A DNA stretch of 64,000 bases from an uncultured Gemmatimonadales bacterium (GCA_963842945.1 CAWJIM010000021.1:96001-160000), one strand, 5' to 3'; positions 1 to 10,562 are shown, counted from the first letter of the stretch. A program made the numbers and translations. Notes: generated from the letters alone by a model not told the origin.

Positions 1-300
1 AGCGGCAGCACGTGGACAGCTTCAAGCGTCCCACCTTCGAGCCGTCCACCGAAGTCGCCATCCGCAGCAACCTGCAGGAAGACGTGTACATGGTGTTTGC
101 CGGAGCGGTGAACGGCACCGAGGAGGCGGTCTACCGCTTCAACCTGAATCCGCTGGTGTGGTGGGTCTGGTTCGGCGGACTGGTGCTCGTGTTCGGCGGG
201 ATGATCACCATGTGGCCCGGCGGAGGTCCAGTAGTGGCGGCGCCGCGGAGAGCACAGGCCGGGTATCAGGTCGAGCTGGTCGGGAACGGGGACGAACTAG
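1..300 (+). CDS. ccmF: Cytochrome c biogenesis heme lyase CcmF, C-terminal part (5'-truncated by window)
   Basis: STEVAIRS..EDVY..NPLVWWVWFGG is the typical CcmF C-terminus; TAG at 298-300 abuts the next ATG but is out of frame (probable indel). Confidence 0.8.
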
Positions 301-888
301 ATGCCGCTCTCTCCGATGGAACGCCTGCTCTCTCGCCGAGCCTTTGTGGGCTCGCTGGCAGCGGTCATTCCGCTCCGCCTCGGGCAGCAGCAAGCGGATT
401 CTCTGGCCGGGCGCGGAGCCACTGGAACGCTGCGGGATCCAACCGCCCTGGGCCGCTCCCGGCAGCCCACCAATGCGCGGGAGAACAGCGCGGAGATTCA
501 AGCCATCGAGCAGCAGCTGGCCTGCAACTGCGGTTGCACCCTGGACGTGTTCACCTGCCGTACCACGGACTTTTCCTGCACCTACTCCCCGGCACTGCAT
601 CGGGAAGTGCTTGCCCTCCGAGACCAGGGCAAGTCCGCCCGCGAAATTCTCGACGCGTTCGTTCAGAAGTACGGCGAGAAGGCGCTGATGGCCCCCAAAC
701 CGAAGGGTTTCAATCTCTGGGGCTATCTCCTTCCCGGAGCAGCGGTGGCGACCGCAGGGATCGCGCTGGCGGCGGTTCTCAAGCGGCGGGAGGCGGTGCA
801 GCGGGCGCCGGAGGTGCTACCGCCCGTGTCGGCCAGCCCGGATGAGCTCGACCGGTTGAAGGCAGCGCTCGCGGAAGTGGAGGATTGA
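301..888 (+). CDS. ccmH: Cytochrome c biogenesis protein CcmH-like
   Basis: Follows ccmF; GKSAREILDAFVQKYGEKALMAP..GFNLWGYLLP plus C-terminal TM; Cys-rich LACNCGC motif. Confidence 0.8.
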   Translation: MPLSPMERLLSRRAFVGSLAAVIPLRLGQQQADSLAGRGATGTLRDPTALGRSRQPTNARENSAEIQAIEQQLACNCGCTLDVFTCRTTDFSCTYSPALHREVLALRDQGKSAREILDAFVQKYGEKALMAPKPKGFNLWGYLLPGAAVATAGIALAAVLKRREAVQRAPEVLPPVSASPDELDRLKAALAEVED

Positions 889-1336
889 TGCTGGGCGAGG
901 CCATTGCGGCCGTGCTGGTCGGGATGGCCGGGCTGCTGCTGGTGCTCCAGCCGCTGTTTCGTCTCCTCCGGCAGCGTCCGCAAACCGGACGAGCCGCTGG
1001 ATCCGGAGGAGACGCCGAGAGGCGTGGCGCTGACCGCGCTCAAGGAGATCGACTTCGACCGCGAGACCGGCAAGCTGTCGGATGCGGACTACGAATTCCT
1101 CAAGGCGAAATACACCGCCATAGCTCTCGAAGCGCTGCGGGCGGAGCAGTCGACCCCACCTGCTTCCCAGCAGAGCTGCGGGACCTGCGGCCCCCGCCCC
1201 GAGCCCGACGCCATCTTCTGCTCAACGTTGCGGTTTGCATTTGAGGGCTAGCTCTACCGCCGAGCCGGCGAGCAGCTCGGAGAAACAACGTCCAGTTTCC
1301 ACCCCGCTTCCAGCCAATCCTCTGCAGGCCAGCTGA
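885..1336 (+). CDS. CcmI-like membrane-anchored zinc-ribbon protein (frameshifted near 960 and 1228)
   Basis: N-terminal TM in ORF 885, ALKEIDFDRETGKLSDADY and CGTC..FCST(C) in ORF 904; removing one T near 1228 restores CSTCG and a stop at 1334-1336. Confidence 0.55.
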
Positions 1337-1341
1337 TAGCG

Positions 1342-2208
1342 TCAGCGGCTGGCGCTTTTCAGCGCGGCCGGCTCCACCCGCGCGGCCAGTGCCCACACCG
1401 GTTTGTGATCGCTGGCGCCCCGCACGTCGTGCATGACTCCCGCCTGCCGGGGAGTCAGACCGCGGACGAAGATGTGGTCCCAGGAAAAGATGGTGATGCT
1501 GGGCCCCACGCGCTCGGTGAGCCAGCGATAGCCATGGCGGACGAGAAAGGGGCCGATCCCTTCGCTGTTGAAATCACCGGCTATGACCGTGGGCCCGGGA
1601 AATTGTGCGGCATCGTCGATGATGGTCTGGACCTGGTCCCGGCGGCCCTGGTCGGAAATCTTGATTTGCGTCTCCAGGTGCACCGCGTACGCCAGGACCC
1701 GCTGATTGCCGATCCTTAGGATGGCACCGGTGGCCGTGCGCTGCTGATGCCGAATTCGCCCTTCATGGGGAAGGATCAGCTTCCAGCTGCGCTCGATCGG
1801 CCAGCGGGAGAGGAGGGCCGGACCGAAGTAGCGGTCGTCGATGGGGTGAATCGAGCCGGGATAGTAGGCGTAGTTCAGCTTCATCGCCCGGGCGATCCGT
1901 TCCACCCCCAGCTCGTCCATCTCCTGGAGGGAGATCACATCCGCGCCGGCCAATGGGCTCTTCTCCAGCACGGAGATGGCCCCGGGAATATTTCGGCCCA
2001 GCTTCACGTTGAAGGTCACGACCCTCAGCTCACCAACGGCGACCGAATCTACCGTAGCCGCATAAGAGCCGAGGAACGCCGGCGTGGTGGGATTGAGCAG
2101 GTTGGTGGTGTGGGTACAGCCCAGCAGCACCATGCCGGCGAGCGCGCTCAGGGCGGGCACGCGAAGTGCCCGGTGAGCCTTGGGTTGGCGGAGGACCGCC
2201 GGTATCAT
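1342..2208 (-). CDS. Endonuclease/exonuclease/phosphatase family lipoprotein
   Basis: VVTFNV, DVISLQE, IAGDFN, WDHIF, SDHKPV motifs; likely start MIPAV at 2208. Confidence 0.85.
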   Translation of the reverse strand: MIPAVLRQPKAHRALRVPALSALAGMVLLGCTHTTNLLNPTTPAFLGSYAATVDSVAVGELRVVTFNVKLGRNIPGAISVLEKSPLAGADVISLQEMDELGVERIARAMKLNYAYYPGSIHPIDDRYFGPALLSRWPIERSWKLILPHEGRIRHQQRTATGAILRIGNQRVLAYAVHLETQIKISDQGRRDQVQTIIDDAAQFPGPTVIAGDFNSEGIGPFLVRHGYRWLTERVGPSITIFSWDHIFVRGLTPRQAGVMHDVRGASDHKPVWALAARVEPAALKSASR

Positions 2209-2235
2209 GCTACGTCGTTCTTCGGGTGATCTCAT

Positions 2236-2658
2236 ATGGATCTGAAGCACCAGAGCGTCCTGCTCTTTGATGGTGACTGCGGTCTCTGCACCCGCATCGT
2301 GCAGCTGGTGCTTCGGGCAGACCGGAAGGGAACGCTGTGCTTTGCATCCCTCCAGGGTGAGTTCGGCCGAAAGATAATCGCCCGGCACACCGAGCTCCGA
2401 GCCGTGGATTCGGTCGCACTGCTCGAGACCACAGCGGCCGGCGGTTATCACGTCTCCATCCGTTCGGAGGCGGTGCTCCGGCTGGCCCGATATCTGGGCT
2501 TCCCCTGGCGGCTCTTGGCTCTGGCCCGGGTGATCCCCCGCCCGGTCCGAGATCGGCTCTACGACTGGATTGCCCGGCGGCGCCATCGCTGGTTTGGGCC
2601 CGCTCTGATCTGTCAGCTTCCCACACCGGAGCAGCAGAAGAGAATGGTGACTTCATGA
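2236..2658 (+). CDS. DCC1-like thiol-disulfide oxidoreductase (DUF393)
   Basis: LLFDGDCGLC N-terminus and RDRLYDWIARRRHRWFG. Confidence 0.9.
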   Translation: MDLKHQSVLLFDGDCGLCTRIVQLVLRADRKGTLCFASLQGEFGRKIIARHTELRAVDSVALLETTAAGGYHVSIRSEAVLRLARYLGFPWRLLALARVIPRPVRDRLYDWIARRRHRWFGPALICQLPTPEQQKRMVTS

Positions 2659-3593
2659 ATCTCGATTTTCTGCTCGCGTTTGCCGCCTTCGGCATCGGCA
2701 TCGTCGTCGGACTCACCGGAATGGGTGGCGGCGCCCTGATGACCCCGGTGCTGGTGCTCTTCTTCGGGGTGCCGCCGCTGGCGGCGGTGTCATCGGATCT
2801 GGTGGCGAGCGCGATCATGAAGCCGGTGGGATCCGTGGTGCACCTCAGGCGGGGCACGGTGCACCTGGGGCTGGTCAAGTGGCTCTGCATCGGCTCGGTG
2901 CCCGGCGCGTTCAGCGGCGTGCTCGTCGCCCGGGCGCTCGGCCGTGGTCAGGACGTGCAGAACATGATCCGGCTGGCCCTCGGATTGGCGTTGCTGCTGG
3001 CGGCCGCGGGTCTGATCGCGCGAGCCTACGTCCGGCTCCTGGAGTATGCCCGGGTGCGAGACGGCCGGGCGGCGCGGCTCCCCGAGGGCCCGCCGCGCCT
3101 GAGTCTCCGTCCGGGGCCGACCATGATCGTAGGCGCGTTGGGCGGCCTGGTGGTGGGCCTCACCTCGGTCGGCTCGGGCTCGCTGATCATCATTGCCCTG
3201 ATGGCGCTCTATCCCAGTCTCACAGCCAATGAGCTGGTCGGCACCGACCTGGTGCAGGCCGTCCCGCTGGTGGCATCTGCGGCCCTGGGCCACATCCTGT
3301 TCGGCGATTTCCAGATGGATATCACCACATCCCTGCTGCTGGGGTGCGTTCCGGGCGTTTGGGTGGGAGCTCACCTCTCATCGCGGGCGCCTGGAGGGCT
3401 CATCCGCCGGGCTCTGGCCTTCGTGCTGCTCGCCTCCGCGCTCAAGCTGCTCGACTTCTCCACCAAGGCCACCGGTATCATCCTCGGTCTGGTGCTGGTC
3501 ATCGCGCCGGTGCTCTGGATGCTGGTTCGCCGGCACTACGGCTTTCCCGCCCTGGCCCGGCGCGCCCGGCGCTCTCCCTCCCGCTCGACTTGA
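2655..3593 (+). CDS. Sulfite exporter TauE/SafE family membrane protein
   Basis: VGLTGMGGGALMTP, VGLTSVGSGS, LVGTDL motifs; multiple TM helices. Confidence 0.9.
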   Translation: MNLDFLLAFAAFGIGIVVGLTGMGGGALMTPVLVLFFGVPPLAAVSSDLVASAIMKPVGSVVHLRRGTVHLGLVKWLCIGSVPGAFSGVLVARALGRGQDVQNMIRLALGLALLLAAAGLIARAYVRLLEYARVRDGRAARLPEGPPRLSLRPGPTMIVGALGGLVVGLTSVGSGSLIIIALMALYPSLTANELVGTDLVQAVPLVASAALGHILFGDFQMDITTSLLLGCVPGVWVGAHLSSRAPGGLIRRALAFVLLASALKLLDFSTKATGIILGLVLVIAPVLWMLVRRHYGFPALARRARRSPSRST

Positions 3594-3829
3594 CTCCCAC
3601 TTGAGCGCTCGATGGCAGACTCTTGCTCGTAAGAGGCCAGGAGCTGTCATGGTACCGACATACAATGGATGGGAAGATCCCTCGGAAGACGAGCGGGAAG
3701 CGCTGGAGCAGTGGGAAGCTCGGGAGCGGCGGGGCCGCAGATCATCCCAGCGGATCGCTATCCCGGATGTGATGTGGGATCCTTGACGGTAGGTGGAACG
3801 CACCGTAACTCAACAACGTTGGGCAACAA

Positions 3830-3930
3830 AGTCATAGGCACACCCGGCGAAAGCCGGGGTCGCAAAGCCACGGGTCCTCGCTTTCCTTCCCCCGGGATTC
3901 CAAGACCGCCGAGCCGCCGATACGGTGACT
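3830..3930 (+). ncRNA. Cyclic di-GMP-I (GEMM) riboswitch
   Basis: GGCA-CA-CCCGGC-GAAA-GCCGGG-GT-CGCAAAGCC..GGGTC...GACCGCCGAGCCGCCGA follows the GEMM-I architecture; P1 AGTCA(3830-34)/TGACT(3926-30). Confidence 0.88.
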
Positions 3931-3939
3931 CGGCTTTTT
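3908..3939 (+). terminator. Intrinsic terminator overlapping the riboswitch 3' half
   Basis: GCCGAG-C-CGCCG-ATA-CGGTG-A-CTCGGC followed by TTTTT. Confidence 0.75.
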
Positions 3940-4041
3940 CGTGCCAACAAGCGTGAGCACCAGTGACTTGACGGCGGCTTGATCGACTTTGGGTAGGGTT
4001 GGGCAGGAAGTCGACGAGGAACAGCAGCAGAGGGTAGCAGC

Positions 4042-6101
4042 ATGTCAGGGTTGAAGGAAAAGGTATCAGGTGCACTCCTTGCCGGGTTGCTGACCCTGTT
4101 CGCCTGCCAGGACAATCCCGAACTCACCGCGCCATCCGCGGCCAGTGCCGCAGTCGCTCACAGACTCACCATCATCGGGTCCGGTACCGGAACCGGGACC
4201 GTCACGTCCGTCCCGAGCGGGATCAACTGCCGCATCTCCCTCGGAGCGGCGAGCGGCCCGGTCTGCTCCAAGTTGATCAGTGGGACCGTGACCCTGAAGG
4301 CCGCTCCCGCGGCGGGCCATGCGTTTGCCGGATGGACCTCCGGCGTCACGTCCTGTGTCGGAACCGAAGCGTGCCAGGTCGATATGAGGACGGCAGATCG
4401 CAATGTGACCGCCAAGTTCAACAAGGGTCCCTTCAACATCAAGATCTCGAGTGGCACCGGCGGCGGGAGTGGGAAGGTCAAGCTCCAGGTCGGGACCACG
4501 ATAAAGACCTGTACCATCACCAACGGCGTGCCGGGCAGTGCGGCGCAGTGCTCGATCTCGGCCGCGGCGAATAAGGTCGTTACCCTGACTCCAACACCGG
4601 CCGCAGGTTACGCCTTCAACGGGTGGAAGATCGCCGGGTGCGGGACCGACAAGTGTCAGTTCTCGGCAATCCAGTCTCTCACAACACCGGCCACCTTCTC
4701 CCGTATCAGCGCCGGCAGCCCTGCGCTGGTGGGAAAATGGGATGCTCCGGTTACCACGCCCGTGGTGGTGGTGCACGCGCATCAGCTGAGCACGGGGAAG
4801 GTGCTCCTCTGGGGAGACACGGGCGGCGCATACCTGTGGAGCGCTCCGTCCAGCTTCACCGCCCTGCCGGCCAAGCCGTTCCGGCTTTACTGCAGCGGAC
4901 ACGGCTTTCTGCCCGATGGCCGTCTCCTGATCGTGGGAGGAACCGACTCACGAACCGGCGGCCTCAGGGATGCTACCCTGTTCAATCCCTCGTCATCGGG
5001 CTGGAGCGGATTTGGCTCGATGGCCCTGGGTCGCTACTACCCCACCATCACCACGCTACCGAACGGCAGTTTGCTTGCGGTCTCTGGCCAGGACACGAAC
5101 CTCGATGTGGTCCCGCTCCCGGAGATCAGCACGCCGACCGGTTGGCGCCAGCTGACCACCGCTCCCCTGGATATCGATACGCCGTTCTACCCACCGGTGT
5201 TCGTGGCTCCGGACGGTAAGGTTTTCCTGGCCGGCTTCCTCCAACCCAGCCACTACCTCGACGTGACCGGAACCGGCCAGTGGACCGACGGTCCCGCACG
5301 GGTCGTGAAAGATCGCGTGCTGGGCAGCGCGGTGATGTACGAGCCGGGGAAGATCCTGTACGTCGGCGGTGGAAAAGGTTTGGAGGCACAGTATGCGGGG
5401 ACTCCCACAGCGACTGCGGAAGATCATCGATCTGAATGACCCGAGCCCCGGCGTGGAGGCTCACGGCGACAATGCGGTTCCCGCGCCGCCAGCTGAACGC
5501 CACCATCCTGGCCGACGGGAGCGTGCTGGTGACCGGTGGAACCAGCGGGCCCGGGTTCAACGACCAGGCGGGTGCGGTGCACGCGGCCGAACTGTGGAAC
5601 CCGGCCACCAGACAGTGGACCACCATGGCGTCGGAATTGAAGAATCGCACCTATCACTCCACGGCGCTGCTGCTGGCCAGCGGCCGGGTGCTCTCCAGCG
5701 GGAGTGGAGAGGGCGGCGGGGTCCCCTACGCCAACGCCGAACGCTCGCTGCAGCTGTTCTCGCCGCCGTACCTCTTTAACCCGGACGGAACCTCGGCTAC
5801 CCGGCCCAGCATCACGTCTGTTCCGGCCGCGATTCACTACACCCAGTCATTCACCGTCGAGACCCCGGATCCTTCGGCGATCGTGCGGGGCAACCTGATT
5901 CGTACTTCCTCGGTGACTCATGCTTTCAATCAGAGTCAGCTCCTGTACCCGCTCACTTTCGAGGTCGCCGGACCGACGACCCTGCGGGTGACCAACCCGC
6001 CGGCCAGTGGCGCAGTCGCGCCGCCGGGCCCGTACATGCTGTTCCTGATCAACAGCTCCGGAGTGCCTTCTCCGGCCAAGTTCGTCACCGTCGGGCCCTA
6101 G
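4042..6101 (+). CDS. Galactose-oxidase-like copper radical oxidase lipoprotein (two InlB B-repeat-like domains, Kelch propeller, DUF1929); frameshift near 5420-5450
   Basis: LYCSGH, RYYPT, TYHST and SVTHAFNQSQ supply the Cys/Tyr/Tyr-His/His set; APPGPYMLF; lipobox LFAC; split over ORFs 4042-5439 and 5436-6101. Confidence 0.85.
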
Positions 6102-6152
6102 GAACTCGGCGGCCGCTATTGGAGACTTCACAGCCTCGGCTCAAACGAGTTC

Positions 6153-6181
6153 TTGACGAGGCCTGCACCTGACGATAGAGT
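6153..6181 (+). promoter_or_regulatory. Putative sigma70 promoter
   Basis: TTGACG-N17-TAGAGT upstream of the S8 gene. Confidence 0.45.
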
Positions 6182-6506
6182 CTGCCTTCGTCAAAGCCAG
6201 CCAGTCAGATCCGTCCGGAGCCGAGCGCTAGGTCATCCTAGCGCTTGCCCGCCGCACGAGCCCAACTAGCAAGCTAGACCCCACATGCTTTGTCATACCG
6301 CCACGCTAGGATGGGGGGGTGGCGATACCCTATACTGTCGGCCGACTTGATGGGTACTTGACTACTTACCGCTACAGTAGCCGTCAGCTCAAGCCACTAA
6401 GCAACATCGTATGGCAGCGACAACGGACACGTCATTGGGACGTTTTGGCGCTGTCCCCAGCAGTGAGAGATGGGCAAACTAAGCTCCACAACAAAGAGGT
6501 TGACGT

Positions 6507-8591
6507 ATGACTATGCGAGTTGGAATTCCTTTACTGCTTGTTGCCGCGATCTTCCCACTGATCAGTTGCCAGGAGGACTCCGTCCCGACTGAGCCACAGC
6601 TTAGCCAAACTACTTCGATGGCGCCCATGGTAGCTGCACAGAAAGATCCTATTGCAGACCGGTATATAGTGGTTTTCAAGCCGTCTGTTCTAGAGTCGGC
6701 TGGCGAGGCGCGCCGCCAGGTCGCGATGGCACAGGGTGAATTGCATCTCACCTTTACTCGAGTAATAAGAGGCTACGCTGCGACACTGTCCGCAGCTGGT
6801 TTGGCTGCCGTGCGCAGGTCCCCGGTCGTGAGCTACGTCGAACAGGATCAGCGGGTATATGCAGACGAAGTCGAGAATCCGACGCCGTCATGGGGATTGG
6901 ATCGCATAGACCAGCGTGATCTCCCACTTAACAACAGCTATTCCTACACACCTACGGGTATCGGGGTACATGTGTACGTTTTGGACACTGGCATTCGGAC
7001 CTCCCATCAAGACTTCGGTGGAAGGGCAGTGTCGGGTCAGGAATTTGTAGGCGATGGTAATGGAACCAATGACTGCAACGGCCATGGAACGCATGTGGCG
7101 GGCACTATCGCGGGTTCCAGGTATGGAGTGGCTAAGGGTGCGACACTCGTGGCGGTGCGTGTTCTGGGTTGTGATGGTTTCGGTGATTACTCGTGGATCA
7201 TTGCAGCTCTTGACTGGGTGACACTACACGCCGCCAGGCCCGCAGTTGCCAACATGAGCCTGGGCGGCGGTTATTCTCAGGCTGTAAACGATGCAGTGAC
7301 TGCATCGATCAACTCCGGAATCATCTACGCAGTCTCTGCGGGGAACGAAAACATCAGCGCCTGCAATCGATCCCCGTCCAGCACACCTTCGGCACTTACC
7401 ATCGCAGCAACTGGCACCACAGACATTAGAGCTGCTTTCTCGGATTGGGGTCCCTGCGTCGATCTCTTCGCGCCGGGTGTCAACATTACCTCCGCCTCCT
7501 ACACAGGGGACAACGCGACCGCCATTTATAGCGGCACGTCAATGGCCTCCCCACACGTGGCTGGAGCAGCAGCGCTGTACCTCCAGCAGAATCCCTCGGC
7601 TACTCCGGCTCAAATTGCGCAAGCACTGGTCGCAAACTCAAGTGCTAATAAGGTCACTGACCCCGGCGAGGGCACACCAAACCAACTCCTCTACATGGGA
7701 TTTCTCAACCGATCTGTGGGTGCTTGGGCTGTACGTACCTCGCTGCCCTCCGCGCGCCGAAGTCTGGGGATTGCTACCTCCTCAGGACTCCTTTACGCCA
7801 TTGGCGGCGCCACCAGCTCCGGGACCGCGCTGAAGACCGTCCAGGTCTACAACCCGAGCACCAACGCCTGGACCACCAAGGCATCACTCCCAGCCGCCCG
7901 CCCCTTCGGGAACGGCGCGACCCACATCAGCGGAACGATTTATCTGCCCGGCGGTCAGGACGCTTCCGGGATCATCACCCGCACGCTCTACGCCTACAAG
8001 ATCAGCACCAACACCTGGTCGGCTAAAGCCAACATGCCCGCGTTCAGCGGCTGCGGTGGCTCGGGTGTAATCAGCGGCAAGCTCTACGTCTACAGCGGCT
8101 GCACCAAGACCGCCACCGGCCCACAGACCGCGGCCGCGCTGCTGCACCGCTACGATCCGGCTACGAACGCGTGGACCACACTGCGGGGCGCTCCCGCCGT
8201 GCACGTGCAGCCGGCGGTGACGGTGGTTGCGGGCAAACTCTACGTCGCGGGGGGCAATTCCGGCGGCGGTACCGTCACTGGCCGAGTGGACGTGTACAAC
8301 CCGGCCACCAACAGCTGGTCCACGGGTTCTGCGCTGCCGACACCGAGAGTGGCTGCTGCCGGCGGCCTCATCGGCGGGAAGCTCTACGTCGTTGGCGGCC
8401 GGAACGGCGCAACTTACTACAACACTGTGGAAGTCTACGATCCGCTCACTAACGCCTGGACATCTGCAGCGGGAATGCCGACCGCTCGCGGCGGACTGGG
8501 TGTGGGAGTCATCAGCGGAGCGCTGTACGCCATCGGTGGCCGCAATGCCGCCACGGCTGCGCTGGCCACCAATGAGCGGCTTACGCCCTAG
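6507..8591 (+). CDS. S8 subtilisin/proteinase K-like serine protease with I9 propeptide and C-terminal Kelch propeller
   Basis: [23 protein letters not shown] triad; SWGLDRIDQ; six Kelch repeats (LYxxGG..YNP..W); lipobox LISC. Confidence 0.93.
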   Translation: MTMRVGIPLLLVAAIFPLISCQEDSVPTEPQLSQTTSMAPMVAAQKDPIADRYIVVFKPSVLESAGEARRQVAMAQGELHLTFTRVIRGYAATLSAAGLAAVRRSPVVSYVEQDQRVYADEVENPTPSWGLDRIDQRDLPLNNSYSYTPTGIGVHVYVLDTGIRTSHQDFGGRAVSGQEFVGDGNGTNDCNGHGTHVAGTIAGSRYGVAKGATLVAVRVLGCDGFGDYSWIIAALDWVTLHAARPAVANMSLGGGYSQAVNDAVTASINSGIIYAVSAGNENISACNRSPSSTPSALTIAATGTTDIRAAFSDWGPCVDLFAPGVNITSASYTGDNATAIYSGTSMASPHVAGAAALYLQQNPSATPAQIAQALVANSSANKVTDPGEGTPNQLLYMGFLNRSVGAWAVRTSLPSARRSLGIATSSGLLYAIGGATSSGTALKTVQVYNPSTNAWTTKASLPAARPFGNGATHISGTIYLPGGQDASGIITRTLYAYKISTNTWSAKANMPAFSGCGGSGVISGKLYVYSGCTKTATGPQTAAALLHRYDPATNAWTTLRGAPAVHVQPAVTVVAGKLYVAGGNSGGGTVTGRVDVYNPATNSWSTGSALPTPRVAAAGGLIGGKLYVVGGRNGATYYNTVEVYDPLTNAWTSAAGMPTARGGLGVGVISGALYAIGGRNAATAALATNERLTP

Positions 8592-8644
8592 CTCCCTTAT
8601 CGGAGCTGCCCTCGACAGGAACGGCTGCCTTCACCGGCAGCCGT
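7734..8644 (+). repeat. Kelch module plus downstream hairpin, copy 1
   Basis: 7734-8591 aligns without gaps to 9652-10509; both are followed by ACGGCTGCC-N6-GGCAGCCGT. Confidence 0.9.
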
Positions 8645-8829
8645 CCACCTGACCGCCGCCAAGCGACTCTTGGGGATCACTCGTAACTCCTTCTGCACTT
8701 TACCTCCGCTTGACATGCCTCTCATAGACTAGCCGCGAATCTCGGCCCAACACGCGTGACCTGGTTCCGAGTGAGAACACTGCACGGTCATGCCAGGCTA
8801 AGCGGCTTTTTGCCGCGTCAGGAGGAGTC

Positions 8830-10509
8830 ATGACGCAGGGAACAGGAGTGCGGCCAGTCGGGCTGCGAGTAGTACCGGTCTCGCTGGTACTCGTCACCGT
8901 TGTTCTCGCAGGCTGCAATGAGAGTCAGGAAGGACCAATTGCTCCCTCCACCGAGCTCGCCCAATCGGCGGGTTGCGCCTACTCCGACGATGCGGCTGCC
9001 CGAGTACGGACTGTGACAGGTACCTGCGCGAATGGCCGGGTGACGGTTCCCAAAGGGTGGTCACTTAAAGTCGAGCGCTCGGGACAAGGGTTGGGCTCCG
9101 GGGGTGTGTCCGTGGCCCCGTCCGGCACGGTTTCGGCAGCTAGCACCATTTTCTCATCGCCCGATGCGAGTTATCTACTGAGCGCCAGATCAACTATTGA
9201 TATCGCCTCCTTGCCGGACGCCAGCACCCACAATTCCGTCAGTGCTGGCTCTCAGACCATCTCCTTTAGTACTCCCCTGGAAAAGCTGCAGGTACCCGAC
9301 TCTTGGGGATCGTGGTCTTCGCCGCCAGATGTGGAGTCATCTACACCACCGGTCCTGTTCTCGCAGTACGAGAACTCGCTAACCTTGTCACTCTCGCGAC
9401 CCACCATCATTCTGGGGTTCGAGCTGGAGCCGAACAATTTTGACCTGTTCACCTTCACTGTGGATTTCTTCTCGGGAAGTCAGCTTGTAGGAAGTGTTAC
9501 CCGAACAGTCGATGGCGCCGCAGGAGCACGGTTATTTGCAGTCCGGACCGATGGTCTGTTGATTGATCGCGCTGTAATTGCTACAGACGGCGATGCTGGC
9601 GGGTTTTCCATAGCGCAGCTCCGTTATTCTACCGAGATCGGCTGGGTTGCGCGGACATCGCTCCCCTCAGCTCGGCGCAGCCTGGCCGCTGCCTCCGCCG
9701 CAGGACTCCTCTACGCCATTGGTGGCGCTACCAGCTCCGGGACCGCGCTGAAAACCGTGCAGGTCTACAACCCGAGTACCAACGCCTGGACCACCAAGGC
9801 GCCCCTCCCCGCCGCCCGCCCCTTCGGCAACGGGGCGACCCACATCAGCGGAACGATTTACTTGCCGGGCGGGCAGGATGCCGGCAATGTCATAACCCGC
9901 ACCCTCTACGCCTATAAAATCAGCACCAATACCTGGTCGACCAAAGCCAGCATGCCCGTCTTCAGCGGCTGCGGCGGTTCGGGCGTGATCAGCGGCAAGC
10001 TCTACGTCTACAGCGGCTGCACCAGGACCGCGACCGGTCCGCAGACCGCGGCGGCGCTGCTGCACCGCTACGATCCGGCTTCGAACACCTGGACCACCCT
10101 GCGGGCCGCCCCTTCGGTGCACGTGCACCCGGCGGTGACGGTCGTCGCCGGCAAGCTCTACGTTGCCGGGGGCAATACCGGCGGCAGCGTCGTCACCGGC
10201 CGAGTGGACGTGTACAACCCCGCTACCAACAGCTGGTCCACAGTGGCGGCGATGCCGACGCCGAGAGTGGCTGCTGCCGGCGGCCTCATCGGCGGGAAGC
10301 TCTACGTCGTCGGGGGCCGAAACGGCGCAACCTACTACAACACGCTGGAAGTGTACGATCCGCTCACGAACGCCTGGACGTCGGTAGCTTCACTGCCGGC
10401 TGTTCGCGGCGGACTGGCTGTGGGAGTCATCAGTGGATCGCTGTATGCCATCGGTGGCCGCAATGCCGCCACGGCCGCGCTGGGCACCAACGAGCGGCTT
10501 ACGCCCTAG
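8830..10509 (+). CDS. Lipoprotein: unknown N-terminal beta-rich domain plus Kelch propeller
   Basis: RBS GGAGGAG, lipobox LAGC, C-terminal Kelch region nearly identical to that of the upstream protease. Confidence 0.88.
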   Translation: MTQGTGVRPVGLRVVPVSLVLVTVVLAGCNESQEGPIAPSTELAQSAGCAYSDDAAARVRTVTGTCANGRVTVPKGWSLKVERSGQGLGSGGVSVAPSGTVSAASTIFSSPDASYLLSARSTIDIASLPDASTHNSVSAGSQTISFSTPLEKLQVPDSWGSWSSPPDVESSTPPVLFSQYENSLTLSLSRPTIILGFELEPNNFDLFTFTVDFFSGSQLVGSVTRTVDGAAGARLFAVRTDGLLIDRAVIATDGDAGGFSIAQLRYSTEIGWVARTSLPSARRSLAAASAAGLLYAIGGATSSGTALKTVQVYNPSTNAWTTKAPLPAARPFGNGATHISGTIYLPGGQDAGNVITRTLYAYKISTNTWSTKASMPVFSGCGGSGVISGKLYVYSGCTRTATGPQTAAALLHRYDPASNTWTTLRAAPSVHVHPAVTVVAGKLYVAGGNTGGSVVTGRVDVYNPATNSWSTVAAMPTPRVAAAGGLIGGKLYVVGGRNGATYYNTLEVYDPLTNAWTSVASLPAVRGGLAVGVISGSLYAIGGRNAATAALGTNERLTP

Positions 10510-10562
10510 CTGCTCACCTAGCTGCGCTCTAACGGAACGGCTGCCCTCACCGGCAGCCGTTC
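9652..10562 (+). repeat. Kelch module plus downstream hairpin, copy 2
   Basis: See copy 1; hairpin GAACGGCTGCC-CTCACC-GGCAGCCGTTC at 10535-10562. Confidence 0.9.
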
